64,000 nt of DNA from a bacterium (GTDB lineage Bacteria > Hinthialibacterota > Hinthialibacteria > Hinthialibacterales > Hinthialibacteraceae), in contig CAXXMV010000006.1 of NCBI GenBank assembly GCA_963662285.2, positions 1,568,001 through 1,632,000 of the forward strand, written 5' to 3'. The notes under the pieces are model-generated. The model worked only from the letters and a program-made list of their open reading frames with translations. It searched no databases and had not been told where the DNA came from. Below, in pieces: positions 49,310 to 59,353 of this stretch; the first letter of the stretch is position 1, and each line of letters opens with the position of its first letter. The position numbers and the translations under genes are program-made.

Positions 49310-50977
49310 GTGAATATGTATATATTTCGTTCTATTTTTATGATTATCTGTTTTGCGCTTATTGCTTTTACTGTTCCTTTTAATGGATATGCTCAGGAAA
49401 CTGGTGAGATTGCTGCTGCGACTGATATTGTATCAGTAACAGACATACCTGCCGATAACGGTTATATTAATGCCTGGGAATCTTTCAGTTATCCTCTGGA
49501 TTTATTTCGGGTCAAACCATATGACGCTGGCGACTCGATCAATGGCGGTACTGGCGGAATTAATATCACTGATGTAAATGGTGAGGGTGGTTGGACCTCA
49601 GCCTGGATCTTAGAAGCAACTAGTTATAAAGCCGAACTGAGCGAAACGCAAGTCGATACCGGGCGCATTATGCATCAGGATTCGACGTTCTTTCCGGGCA
49701 GTTTTTCGCTGCAGATTCGCACTCCGGCTATTAACGGCCCAAAACGCAGTTTCACTAACATTACAAAAGGCGACCTCTGGATATCTTTTATATATCAGGA
49801 TACCGGCCCGGTTGAAGATCACGATTCCGGTATGTTTATACTTGATAGGGAAGGGAACAAATTGTTCCTGGTCGGCAAGCCTCGTAATGCAGCCGGACTT
49901 GGCGTCAGCCATCTTGCCGAAGATACCGCCGACCTGGTCGCTGCAGCAACCTATAGCGATCCTCATCACCTGATGGTCAGAATTGTTCTTAACGACCAAC
50001 CAGGAGAGAGCGATGACATCTATATGTGGATCGATCCGGATGAGGATGACCGGATTAATACCTTTGACGCAGGCGGTAAAGACCTGTTTGATGCTGAATC
50101 AATCGGCGGCGTAATGCTGAGCCGCAGGCAGGATGCGGGCAGCGCATTCTTTGATGATATCAATATCGGCAAGATTGCTTCGCTTCCGCCTGAGGGAACT
50201 GTCAGAGTTGATCTGGGCTTTGATCCGGCGTCCACGGTTCGCAATGATGCCAACGTAGTATTGCATGACGTGATATCGGTCGACTCATTCACAGATGGTT
50301 ATACTGGCGAAGGATATGGTCATAACGCCGATCAGGATCATTTCATGGTCGTGCGGGGATACATCTATTATTCCGATATGGGAGAATCTAAAGTTGCGCG
50401 CGGCATACCGGTTGACCGCTTGAGTGGACTTTCTGGATTTTCCATAGCGCCTTTCAATAATTCACTGCAAGATATTGATCCATTCTCTGGAGTGAAAAAT
50501 GCTCTGCGTTTTCATCCTGAATCGGGAACCGCTTCTCAAGTAAATCTTGAGGTTCCAGTAAACAGTTATGGTCAATGCCGCATTCTCACTTCCGGCGATG
50601 GTTATGGTGAATTGCCGGTAGTGTTTGAATACCAGGATGGCAGCACTCAAGAGGCGGTCTTCCGATCTCCTGATTGGCTTGATGACGCCCAGGATGACGG
50701 GCATGGCGGAGTAATTCCTGCTGATATCAATCAAATTAACAATGGTATGAACCGGCTTGATTCTTATTCATTTTTTGAAGGTTCAGACATGATTACCGGT
50801 GAAAATCCGGAACTGGATGATGTAAGTTTCTTCACTGAAAGAGTCAGCCTTGATCTCTCCAAAACGCTTACCTCTATTAAACTAGGACCGTCAAACGGTT
50901 CGGTAGTGAATGTTTACAGTATGCTGCTGGATATGGCTGATGATATAACGCCGGTGGTTGATTGGATGATGTATTAA
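49310..50977 (+). CDS. Secreted acidic beta-rich protein; C-terminal TPVVDWMMY motif
   Basis: Signal peptide (…NGYA-QE); Asp/Gly-rich; no catalytic family recognised. Confidence 0.8.
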   Translation: MNMYIFRSIFMIICFALIAFTVPFNGYAQETGEIAAATDIVSVTDIPADNGYINAWESFSYPLDLFRVKPYDAGDSINGGTGGINITDVNGEGGWTSAWILEATSYKAELSETQVDTGRIMHQDSTFFPGSFSLQIRTPAINGPKRSFTNITKGDLWISFIYQDTGPVEDHDSGMFILDREGNKLFLVGKPRNAAGLGVSHLAEDTADLVAAATYSDPHHLMVRIVLNDQPGESDDIYMWIDPDEDDRINTFDAGGKDLFDAESIGGVMLSRRQDAGSAFFDDINIGKIASLPPEGTVRVDLGFDPASTVRNDANVVLHDVISVDSFTDGYTGEGYGHNADQDHFMVVRGYIYYSDMGESKVARGIPVDRLSGLSGFSIAPFNNSLQDIDPFSGVKNALRFHPESGTASQVNLEVPVNSYGQCRILTSGDGYGELPVVFEYQDGSTQEAVFRSPDWLDDAQDDGHGGVIPADINQINNGMNRLDSYSFFEGSDMITGENPELDDVSFFTERVSLDLSKTLTSIKLGPSNGSVVNVYSMLLDMADDITPVVDWMMY

Positions 50978-51020
50978 GTTATTGTACGTAAGTTTTGTAT
51001 TATCTTGTAATTATGATATT

Positions 51021-51049
51021 AAAGAAGCCCCTTTACCGGGGCTTCTTTT
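51021..51049 (+). terminator. Intrinsic terminator
   Basis: AAAGAAGCCCC-tttacc-GGGGCTTCTTTT. Confidence 0.85.
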
Positions 51050-51104
51050 GTACTGATGACAATAGTTCAATTATGTTTTTATGGGATAAAATTAGATTTA
51101 GTAT

Positions 51105-51248
51105 AACAACCCACTCTTGAATTCTCCTCCATCTTGGGGGAGAGGGATTTTGAGGTATAAACAGTTAATTTTTATTAACTTATATAGATAAGATACTGTG
51201 TAATATATTCCTCTCCCAAGATTGGGAGAGGTTAGGAGAGGGTTGATA
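51105..51248. repeat. ~145-bp CTCTCCC/GGGAGAG palindromic element, copy 1
   Basis: AACAACCC.CTCTTGAATTCTCC...GGGGGAGAGGGATTTTG, variable centre, then CCTCTCCCAAGATTGGGAGAGGTTAGG.GAGGGTTGATA. Confidence 0.85.
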
Positions 51249-51315
51249 ATTATCGCTGAGGTCAAAAAATCCTGGTGATCCTTCTATCCAGAGCATCCAG
51301 ATTCAGACAAAAAAT

Positions 51316-52845
51316 ATGCGTAAAATTATTCGATATATAAGAAATTTAATTCTAACCGGAAGCCTATGCTTGGAATCGGTTTTCCCGGCGTTCTCAGGAG
51401 ATAATCAAGCCATTACCCAGGCGTGGAATCATTACAAAAATAGAGAGTACAAACAGGTTCTAGCGCAATTAGAGCAACCTTTACCTGACAGGATTGATGA
51501 GTGCCAGCGGTTGATTCTCATAGGATTGTCTCAAGTATGGTTGAAGCAATGGGATGGCGCCGCAGATGCATTCTTCCAATCATTCAAAACCCTGACCAAG
51601 CCGCCTCAAATAGACCAATCTTTTCCCAAGGAATTACAGCAGGGCGCCAGATTCGACGAATTCCGTTCCTTACGTTTTCATGCAGATGATATGCGCTATC
51701 TGTGGCGCGTCTTATGGATGGATCGCATTGCCTCCCGCATAACCGCAGATATAGATGATCCCTTCAAAAAAGCCATTGTCATTTTTGATTATGTATACCG
51801 GCATACTCAGTTTGGCGTGTCAAATAAAGTAGAGGATATACGAGACAGGCCTTTTAACGTATTACTCAGGGGCGGGGGATTATGCGAGGAACTGGCGTGG
51901 ATTCTCAATCAAATGCTCCGTTCCGCTGGAATTGAATCACTGCGTCTGGTGCTTTTCTCCGATCAAGCTCGGACTCATAGTCCTCATACTATTTCTCTGG
52001 TCAGCATTGGCGAGCACTGGATTCCGTTTGATGCCGCCTTTGGTCTAGTATTTAAAAAAGTTCGAAGCTCCGAACAAATATTATTTCCTGTTAATTTCCT
52101 GTTGAATCCAACTCCGGAGCAGGTGAAAAAGTTTGGCTCACAGGCCAAACCGATGGATCAATACCTGAAAAGTATCGCGAATTTTTACGAGGATAAATCT
52201 CTGATCGAGGCGTTTCGATATGCTCAACCCGCTTCAGATTATGAGTTGGAAACTCATGCTCCGCGCTTTCAGGTATTGGCGCAATTGCTTGACGATCTAA
52301 TCGATTTACCAATGATGGCTAAACCTTTCCTGACGGTTTCAGCCGCCCGAACTAAGGGTGATTCAACGGAAATAAACAAGTGGGTTCCGGTTCGCATCCC
52401 CTATATTTATGATATGACTCATCAACTAAACGCAGTTCGCCGCCAGCTGGCGCAACAGTTTTTTTCTGATTTAGATCCGTTAGAGCAGGGTAGGTTGGCG
52501 CTGTTGGATGGAGACTATGCTCTGGCTGATAAACTCTTCAAGCAACTGGCGGCTGATTCATCACTAAGCAGCCGCGCCCGTGAAAATGTGGATTACTGGT
52601 CAGCGCTTTGCTCGTTTGAACAGAAGAAGTTCTCCGGCGCCAGGCAAAAACTGGATCAGTTCCAGCAGGATCACCCTGCTTCACGGTGGAGCAATCGCGT
52701 TTTATATCTCATGGCTTTAATGGCTCATGCAGATGGTGATACAGACACAGTTAAAGCGCTATTGGAATCTTGCGGCCAAGCGGGGGATGGGGCTTTATTT
52801 GGGTGGGTGGTAAGTCTGAAGCAAGAAATCAAATATGCAGATTAA
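51316..52845 (+). CDS. Secreted transglutaminase-like (Cys-His-Asp) plus TPR protein
   Basis: Signal-like N-terminus; AIVIFDYV, GGGLCEE, HT, WIPFD; N- and C-terminal TPR-like helices. Confidence 0.72.
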   Translation: MRKIIRYIRNLILTGSLCLESVFPAFSGDNQAITQAWNHYKNREYKQVLAQLEQPLPDRIDECQRLILIGLSQVWLKQWDGAADAFFQSFKTLTKPPQIDQSFPKELQQGARFDEFRSLRFHADDMRYLWRVLWMDRIASRITADIDDPFKKAIVIFDYVYRHTQFGVSNKVEDIRDRPFNVLLRGGGLCEELAWILNQMLRSAGIESLRLVLFSDQARTHSPHTISLVSIGEHWIPFDAAFGLVFKKVRSSEQILFPVNFLLNPTPEQVKKFGSQAKPMDQYLKSIANFYEDKSLIEAFRYAQPASDYELETHAPRFQVLAQLLDDLIDLPMMAKPFLTVSAARTKGDSTEINKWVPVRIPYIYDMTHQLNAVRRQLAQQFFSDLDPLEQGRLALLDGDYALADKLFKQLAADSSLSSRARENVDYWSALCSFEQKKFSGARQKLDQFQQDHPASRWSNRVLYLMALMAHADGDTDTVKALLESCGQAGDGALFGWVVSLKQEIKYAD

Positions 52846-52875
52846 TAATTCAAATTGAAAATAAAAAGTTTTGAA

Positions 52876-53020
52876 AACAACCCCCTCTTGAATTCTCCCC
52901 CAACTTGGGGGAGAGGGATTTTGGTATATAACCATTTAGATCGTTTAGACTTAGTTATTGAAAACACTTTGGTTATACATCCCTCTCCCAAGATTGGGAG
53001 AGGTTAGGTGAGGGTTGATA
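52876..53020. repeat. ~145-bp CTCTCCC/GGGAGAG palindromic element, copy 2 (same orientation as copy 1)
   Basis: Ends nearly identical to 51105-51248; centres diverged. Confidence 0.85.
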
Positions 53021-53097
53021 GCGATCACTCTAATAGAATAAAAACTAATGAATCAGTTAAACTTAGCGCATTAAAAAATGAGTATACCAATATTTCA

Positions 53098-53283
53098 TCA
53101 TTCCACCGGAATTTCGAACTTATTTGCTAGCCTTTGCAATACTTCATCTGCTGGACGGCCTTTCCCATGCTTCATAGATTCCAGACCACTTTTGATTCCT
53201 TCGATTGCTTCCAGGTTGGGTAGCAAGGGAAGCGTATTTTCTGCCCTAAATTGAGTTTTCCTTCGAAAATTAATTTTCTTCAT
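53098..53283 (-). CDS. Small protein resembling the C-terminal part of a type II antitoxin (possible remnant)
   Basis: EAIEGIKSGLESMKHGKGRPADEVL resembles Phd/ParD-type antitoxin tails; no toxin gene adjacent. Confidence 0.45.
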   Translation of the reverse strand: MKKINFRRKTQFRAENTLPLLPNLEAIEGIKSGLESMKHGKGRPADEVLQRLANKFEIPVE

Positions 53284-53289
53284 ATCATC

Positions 53290-53616
53290 CTAATCTTCCA
53301 GAATCAATTTCATGGCCCGTGACAAATAATCCCACTCTTTTTTGTTCTCCTCCAGTACCTTTTCTCCCTTGGGCGTCATCTGATAATTTCGGACAGTTCT
53401 ACCGTTTTTGCTCTGGTCTTCTTCCGAGCAGATCAAGCCAAGTTTTTCCAGTTTGTGCAGGGTAGGGTAGATGGTTCCTTCGGGTAGTGAAAAAACCTTC
53501 AGACTTTTATCTTCGATTCTCCCGATCAATCCATAAGCGTGGCAGGGGCCGTCCGACAAAACGGCCAGGATGATGGTCTTCAAATGGCCTTTCATTAACT
53601 CGCGGTCAAATTTCAT
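53290..53616 (-). CDS. PadR family transcriptional regulator
   Basis: KGHL..IILAVL..GP.HAY, EGTIYPTLHKLE..GLI, R.Y.MT.KG. Confidence 0.93.
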   Translation of the reverse strand: MKFDRELMKGHLKTIILAVLSDGPCHAYGLIGRIEDKSLKVFSLPEGTIYPTLHKLEKLGLICSEEDQSKNGRTVRNYQMTPKGEKVLEENKKEWDYLSRAMKLILED

Positions 53617-53699
53617 TTCATATAATCCTTAACAAAAATATCTATCAAATTATAAATCAAAACTCTGTCAAAATAACCACGTTTTTACTGCTACTCTGT

Positions 53700-53735
53700 A
53701 CACTTTATAATATAAGGGGTTATAATGCAAGGGGT
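53700..53735 (-). promoter_or_regulatory. Putative padR promoter (TTGCAT-N17-TAAAGT) overlapped by a 15-bp tandem repeat
   Basis: TATAATATAAGGGGT (53706-53720) and TATAATGCAAGGGGT (53721-53735). Confidence 0.5.
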
Positions 53736-54227
53736 ATGTTTCATGATTGTAGGATTTTGGGTTAACTCTTTGTTGATATTAGGTTTATGAAAGAAGGTTT
53801 AAGAAATATGTATTGGTTTTATATGCTCATTTTGATCACAGAAAGACTTTCTGAGGGAGTTTTCAGGCGTTGAAATCCAGTGGATTATGCGGGCATATTG
53901 TTGGAATAAAATATTCTAGAATAGCGTTTGAAAGTTATAATATATCAGGGTATTGCAGGCTCTTTTAATATAGAAATATTGCTCAAAAACAGTGCTGTTT
54001 TCCCTATCCTTGGGATGATATTTTTACCTATTCAGCTTTGATTTTGTGTGGAGAGCGATGAATTAAGGACAAATTTTCTCAGAGTTTTGAGGGAGTTTTC
54101 CAAGGAGTTTTGTGGTTGAACTGGTTGAAAATTTGTTTATCCGGTAATAGTAAATTATGTTTTTACAATGAGTTAATCGCAATAATAAATCCGTGCATTT
54201 ACTGTGCCAAGAGAGGTGATTTGATCG

Positions 54228-55082
54228 ATGGCAATGAGATTTGGAGTGCATGTTTCTATCGCTGGCGGGCTTGCCGAGGGGCTTAAACGGGCGCTGGAGA
54301 TGGGGTGTGATACGGCTCAGTTTTTCCTGATGAATCCGCGGGCATGGAACGCGAAATATTTGACCGATGAGGATGTTCAACGCTTTCTGGAAGTGCGCTA
54401 CAACCAGGCTAAAGGACTTTATCCCCTCATCGCTCACATGCCTTATTTGCCCAATTTAGCGGCGCTAGACGCCGAAATATTCCAAAAGAGCATCAGGAGC
54501 CTTAGGGATAATTTAATGCGCTGTGAGGCGCTTAAAATCGATTTTCTGGTGATGCACATGGGTAAAGGCGATCCCGAAGCCGCTCAGGAGCGCATGCTGG
54601 AAAGATTGAAGCGGGTTTTTGACCAAAAAACCTTTAAAACCTGCCTGCTGTTGGAAAACACTGCTGGCCAGGGAAGAGACATTGGCAGCCAAGTATCTGA
54701 ATTATCTGAGTTTTATGCCAAGATACCTAAAGGAATTTGCAAAGGAATCTGCCTGGATACCTGCCATGCCTTCGCAGCTGGCTATGATCTGAGAAAAAAG
54801 CACGGAGTTTTAAATCTTATCAAAAAATTTGATCAAACAATTGGTTTTGAAGAAGTTAAGTTGATACATCTAAATGATTCCATGAAAGAACTGGGCAGTC
54901 GGGTAGATAGGCACGCCAAAATAGGTCAAGGATGTATTGGAGAGGCTGGATTCAAGGCTTTGCTCTCCACCAGGCGCATAAAGCCGTTGCCCTGCATTTT
55001 AGAGGTTCCTACATCTTCCCCGGAAGATGATATTTACCAATTAAAACTTATCAGAGAACTTTCATCCAGCAGACCTAAGTGA
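54228..55082 (+). CDS. nfo: Endonuclease IV (deoxyribonuclease IV)
   Basis: GVHVSIAGG, HMPYLPNLA, LENTAGQG, CLDTCHAFAAGYD, HLNDS, DRH. Confidence 0.95.
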   Translation: MAMRFGVHVSIAGGLAEGLKRALEMGCDTAQFFLMNPRAWNAKYLTDEDVQRFLEVRYNQAKGLYPLIAHMPYLPNLAALDAEIFQKSIRSLRDNLMRCEALKIDFLVMHMGKGDPEAAQERMLERLKRVFDQKTFKTCLLLENTAGQGRDIGSQVSELSEFYAKIPKGICKGICLDTCHAFAAGYDLRKKHGVLNLIKKFDQTIGFEEVKLIHLNDSMKELGSRVDRHAKIGQGCIGEAGFKALLSTRRIKPLPCILEVPTSSPEDDIYQLKLIRELSSSRPK

Positions 55083-55785
55083 ATAATCCTAAATTGAACT
55101 TATGAATTTTATCTCAAAAATTGCTTGAATATTTTGACTTCCATAACTTTTCAGAACAATATTAAAAACACTGATAATAGGTATTTGTATAATATTATAA
55201 TGTTTTATATCTTGGATTTTTGCTAACATTTACACGGAATTATGGAATCCGGTTATATGTGATTAAAGTTATAGTAAATTGATCAACTAGCGGATTATTT
55301 TGGTCCAATAATTTTCTTTTATTCGTAATAGCATGTTTTTCAGTGTTTTGCAAACAATATAAAAATATAACATTATAAAAAAATAAAATTATAATAAAGC
55401 ATATCTGGCTTTATAGCATTTATAAATACATAATATTATAAAGATATAAACAATTTTTGGTTTCAGGATGATACTAATAATATATTGAAAGTGGTTTTTT
55501 GTAAGAAAATGATTTCTGGCCGCTATACAGAAAAAAATAGATAAGCTTAAGATTGTATAGAGGGGATAACATTTTTTTGACTTAGGTTCAATTTTCAATA
55601 GGGCGGCGGATATCAACCTTAACAAAGAACATTAAGCGTTAATATTCGCGATTTTTCATGGAAAATATATTTGATAGAACGAAAAATAAATATTTTTTTT
55701 AATTTAATCAATTAAAATGATTGGCATTGATATTCGAGGACTCAAGAGAGAGAATTAAGACTCATTTCTATATCAAGGGAAATCA

Positions 55786-56928
55786 ATGATGAAAATTAAA
55801 CAACTCTTCTTCGCCGGATCATTTTTGCTGGCCGCATCCATTATCTCTTTTGCAAGTGAATCTGAAAAACCTTTCAAAGCGCTGTTCAATTATGAAAATC
55901 TGGATGGGTGGGTAATTGAACATGGCGATGCTTCGACTTTTGTAGTGGAAAAAGGAACCATTAAAAGTACTGAGAAAACAGGATATCCCGCCTGGCTGCG
56001 TACTGAAAGAACCTACGAGAATTATGATTTACGATTTGAATTCTTGATGGAGGGGTGGTGCAGCAGTGGTTTGCTGTTTAATGCCCCGCTGCATGGAAGA
56101 CTCTCGCGGGTTGGATTTGAGTATCAGATATATCACGACCGGAAAGATCATTTGACTGATTATCTCTGCGGCGCCATCTTTGGAGTGCTGCCTCCACTCA
56201 AAAACGCCGTGCGTGGCGCCAATGAATGGAATTCTGGCCGTGTATTAATGGACTGGCCTAGTTTGAAGATGTGGCTTAATGGTGAATTGATCCAGGATAT
56301 TAACATAGAAGAGCATGAAGAATTGAAATATCGTTTACGGCAAGGATATATCGGCATCCAGGATGTCGGTTATAAAGCGTGGTTCCGAAATATTCGCATT
56401 CGTGAACTTTCTTCTAAAGAGAAATGGATTAACTTATTTAATGGCAAGAACTTTGATGGCTGGTATGAAGAGGGTAAAGGCGCCATCTGGTCAGTTCGTG
56501 ATGGCGTAATGCATGCCGAAGATAGCACTAGTTATATGGTGACCAAGGATGAGTTTGAAGATTTCGATTTTCATTGCTACGTCCGTACCGCTCCCAATGC
56601 CAATGGAGGAATCTTTTTCAGGTGGAAAGAGCTGGAAAGCGGGGATCGCGGTAATGAAGTGCAGATAGAAAATCTGCCCGATTCTCCCCATCCCACTGGC
56701 AGCCTGTATAATATCGTCAGAGCTAAAATTCCTTATTATGAAAATGAAGAGTGGTTTCCCATGCAAATTCGCGTTGAGGGATCGCATATAGTGATTCGCG
56801 TCAATGGCGAAACCACAGTTGACTATAATGATTTGACTAACATTCGTCCGGGTCATATATCACTTCAAATGCATCATCATAATAAATGGGTTGAGTGGAA
56901 AGACCTTAAGATAAAGAAATTGAAATAA
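55786..56928 (+). CDS. Secreted tandem DUF1080 (3-keto-disaccharide hydrolase-like) protein
   Basis: Signal peptide; two copies of LFN..N.DGW...G.I.[IL]Q....[FW][RK][ND][IL][RK]I. Confidence 0.9.
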   Translation: MMKIKQLFFAGSFLLAASIISFASESEKPFKALFNYENLDGWVIEHGDASTFVVEKGTIKSTEKTGYPAWLRTERTYENYDLRFEFLMEGWCSSGLLFNAPLHGRLSRVGFEYQIYHDRKDHLTDYLCGAIFGVLPPLKNAVRGANEWNSGRVLMDWPSLKMWLNGELIQDINIEEHEELKYRLRQGYIGIQDVGYKAWFRNIRIRELSSKEKWINLFNGKNFDGWYEEGKGAIWSVRDGVMHAEDSTSYMVTKDEFEDFDFHCYVRTAPNANGGIFFRWKELESGDRGNEVQIENLPDSPHPTGSLYNIVRAKIPYYENEEWFPMQIRVEGSHIVIRVNGETTVDYNDLTNIRPGHISLQMHHHNKWVEWKDLKIKKLK

Positions 56929-56945
56929 TTAAGAGAGTACTTGTT

Positions 56946-58337
56946 ATGCGCGGATATTCTGAGTCTTTATTAAGTCGTCTGATAACGCCTGATATTGAAA
57001 AGATGCTTGCGGAGAAGAATTTCAAAGATCTTCGCGAAGCGTTGATTGAGTTAGATCCCGTAGATATCGCTGAATCTATTAACGTCCTTACTCCAGAAGA
57101 ACGTACGGTTGTTTTTCGCATTCTTCCAAGGAGTATAAGCGCTGACGTATTCGAGCAGCTCCCCTTTACTGAGCAGGAGGAAATCCTTGTATCTATGGGC
57201 CGGGAGCAGGTGGCAGGCATCCTTAATGAAATGGATCCTGATGACCGTACCCAATTCCTGGAAGAACTGCCTGGAAAAGTAACTCGACGACTTCTTGAAC
57301 TTTTGACTCCAGAAGAACGCTCGGTGGCGGTAAATCTGCTAGGATATCCTGAAGAATCCATCGGGAGGATGATGACGCCTGAGTATCTGGCCATCCATAA
57401 GGATTGGACGGTAAAGGAAACATTGGCGTTTATCAGGAAGAGCGGACATGACAAAGAGACCATTAATATACTATACGTCCTGGATGACCATGATGAATTA
57501 ATTGCATACCTGAAAATCCGCTCGCTTATTTTCGAGAATCCCAAAGAACATATCCGGGAAATTATGAATACTCAGGTTATCGCTTTGCATGCATTCGATG
57601 ATCAGGAAACTGCATCCGAGGCTATGATGCGTTATGATTTACCGGTTCTTCCGGTAGTTGATTCTGATGGCACCCTGGTAGGTATTGTTACTTCGGATGA
57701 CGTATTGGATGTAATTGTTGAAGAGACCACCGAAGATATTCATAAAATGGGTGGTATGGCCGCTTTGGAGGAGCCATATTTTCATGCATCGTTCTTTACC
57801 TTGGTTCAGAAACGCGCCGGGTGGCTTTTTGTACTATTTCTTGGCGCAATGCTTATCGTTACGGTGTTGGAGAAGTTTGATGGCGTTATCCAGAAATTTG
57901 TGATTTTAACCTTTTTTCTTCCCCTGGTTATCAGCAGCGGAGGAAACTCAGGTAGTCAGGCGGCTACATTGGTGATTCGCGCGTTAGCTGTGCAGGATAT
58001 TACTCTGAAAGATTGGTTTAGAGTATTTTTACGTGAGTTGCTCAGCGGATTAATGCTGGGGGCTTTCCTGAGTGGAATCATTCTACTGCGCATTATTGTA
58101 TGGCCTCCTGAAAATTCAGCAGTTCCTTTTTTTCAACTGGCTCAGATCGTAACCCTATCGGTAGCTGCGGTGGTAGTTTGCGGAACATTGATAGGATCCA
58201 TGCTGCCTTTCATGCTGCATGCATTACGGTTTGATCCGGCTTTATCTTCAACGCCGCTAGTAGCGACGATTTGTGATACTATAGGTGTTTTTATATATTA
58301 CACCTTGTCAATGCTTATTTTACGTGGTTTATCCTGA
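56946..58337 (+). CDS. mgtE: Magnesium transporter MgtE
   Basis: MgtE N-domain, YPEESIGRMMT CBS pair, GGNSGSQ, DPA..S.P...TICD. Confidence 0.95.
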   Translation: MRGYSESLLSRLITPDIEKMLAEKNFKDLREALIELDPVDIAESINVLTPEERTVVFRILPRSISADVFEQLPFTEQEEILVSMGREQVAGILNEMDPDDRTQFLEELPGKVTRRLLELLTPEERSVAVNLLGYPEESIGRMMTPEYLAIHKDWTVKETLAFIRKSGHDKETINILYVLDDHDELIAYLKIRSLIFENPKEHIREIMNTQVIALHAFDDQETASEAMMRYDLPVLPVVDSDGTLVGIVTSDDVLDVIVEETTEDIHKMGGMAALEEPYFHASFFTLVQKRAGWLFVLFLGAMLIVTVLEKFDGVIQKFVILTFFLPLVISSGGNSGSQAATLVIRALAVQDITLKDWFRVFLRELLSGLMLGAFLSGIILLRIIVWPPENSAVPFFQLAQIVTLSVAAVVVCGTLIGSMLPFMLHALRFDPALSSTPLVATICDTIGVFIYYTLSMLILRGLS

Positions 58338-58369
58338 TTAATAAGTTTAAGTTATTTGTAATATTTATC

Positions 58370-59353
58370 TCAGTGAATTTCCCAATCAGATATTACCGTT
58401 TCACCGAATACGCTCCAAGTTTGGCCGTTCCATTCCCACAAGTCTTCCAGATAGGTTGAATCTGCTCCATCTTCGCTCATTACCTCGCCGCCGAATAATA
58501 TGGCTGTTTGACGATTGACGTCATAACCCAGAGCGAAGAAACCACGTTCTGGAGTTGTGGGTGAATTCTGCGGCGCCAGTTTCGACCAGTCAGCGCCATC
58601 CCAGGACCATGTTTCTCCCTGGCCGTAGACTAATGCTACTGAACGCGCTTCATCATAGGTCATAGTGAATTGGCCGGATTCGTACGATGGGCTGTTGGAG
58701 GGATATTTTTGCAACCAACCATTGTTATTCCATACCCATGTCTCATGGCCATTGAACCAGACGCCTTCTTTTCTGGCGGAATCATAGACGAAACCAACGT
58801 CCGCAAAGGCTCCAGGGGCTGGATCAACGGTCTGTTCAACCCATCCGTTATCATCAAGAATATAGGTTTTACTGTTACTGGCGTCATCTGGAGACCAACT
58901 CATGGCGGCGAAATAGAGTATGATCTCTTGAGTATCAGGAAGGTAGATCATTTCCGGATCAAATCCATATTCGGAAGTGAGAGGATCAGCTATTTTAATC
59001 CAGCTGTTTCCATCAAATGACCAAGTGGATTTATCCGGGCTGGCGCCTCCCATAACGATTAATCTTGAATTAGCTTCGTCGTAGACTGCGCTTGTATGCG
59101 CTACTCCTTCTGGCATATCGGGCATTTGAGACCAGCCAGAAGCGTTAAGCGACCAGACTTCGGGGGATTGCTCCCAATCCGGAGGTCCCCAACCGCCGAA
59201 TGTAAGCAATGATTCCATTGGAGGATAATAAAACAGGCCGCCATCAATGCGCTGGGTTGGTTGTGATGCTGCGGGAAAGCAAAATGCCGTGACTATAGAG
59301 GCAATTAGGAGTGTTTTTACAATTTTGAAATTTTTACTTAATCGTTTTTTCAT
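58370..59353 (-). CDS. Secreted Kelch-like beta-propeller protein; C-terminal TVISDWEIH motif
   Basis: Signal peptide; repeats of YD..R....[LF]GG...TW.W[DN]G..W. Confidence 0.85.
   Translation of the reverse strand: MKKRLSKNFKIVKTLLIASIVTAFCFPAASQPTQRIDGGLFYYPPMESLLTFGGWGPPDWEQSPEVWSLNASGWSQMPDMPEGVAHTSAVYDEANSRLIVMGGASPDKSTWSFDGNSWIKIADPLTSEYGFDPEMIYLPDTQEIILYFAAMSWSPDDASNSKTYILDDNGWVEQTVDPAPGAFADVGFVYDSARKEGVWFNGHETWVWNNNGWLQKYPSNSPSYESGQFTMTYDEARSVALVYGQGETWSWDGADWSKLAPQNSPTTPERGFFALGYDVNRQTAILFGGEVMSEDGADSTYLEDLWEWNGQTWSVFGETVISDWEIH

Noticed and set aside
55083-55785. Long AT-rich intergenic region and a 78-aa ORF (55389-55625)
   Set aside because: Low-complexity AT-rich sequence with no RBS-supported gene, repeat or RNA structure recognised.
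56906-57544. 212-aa minus-strand ORF
   Set aside because: Antisense shadow of mgtE.
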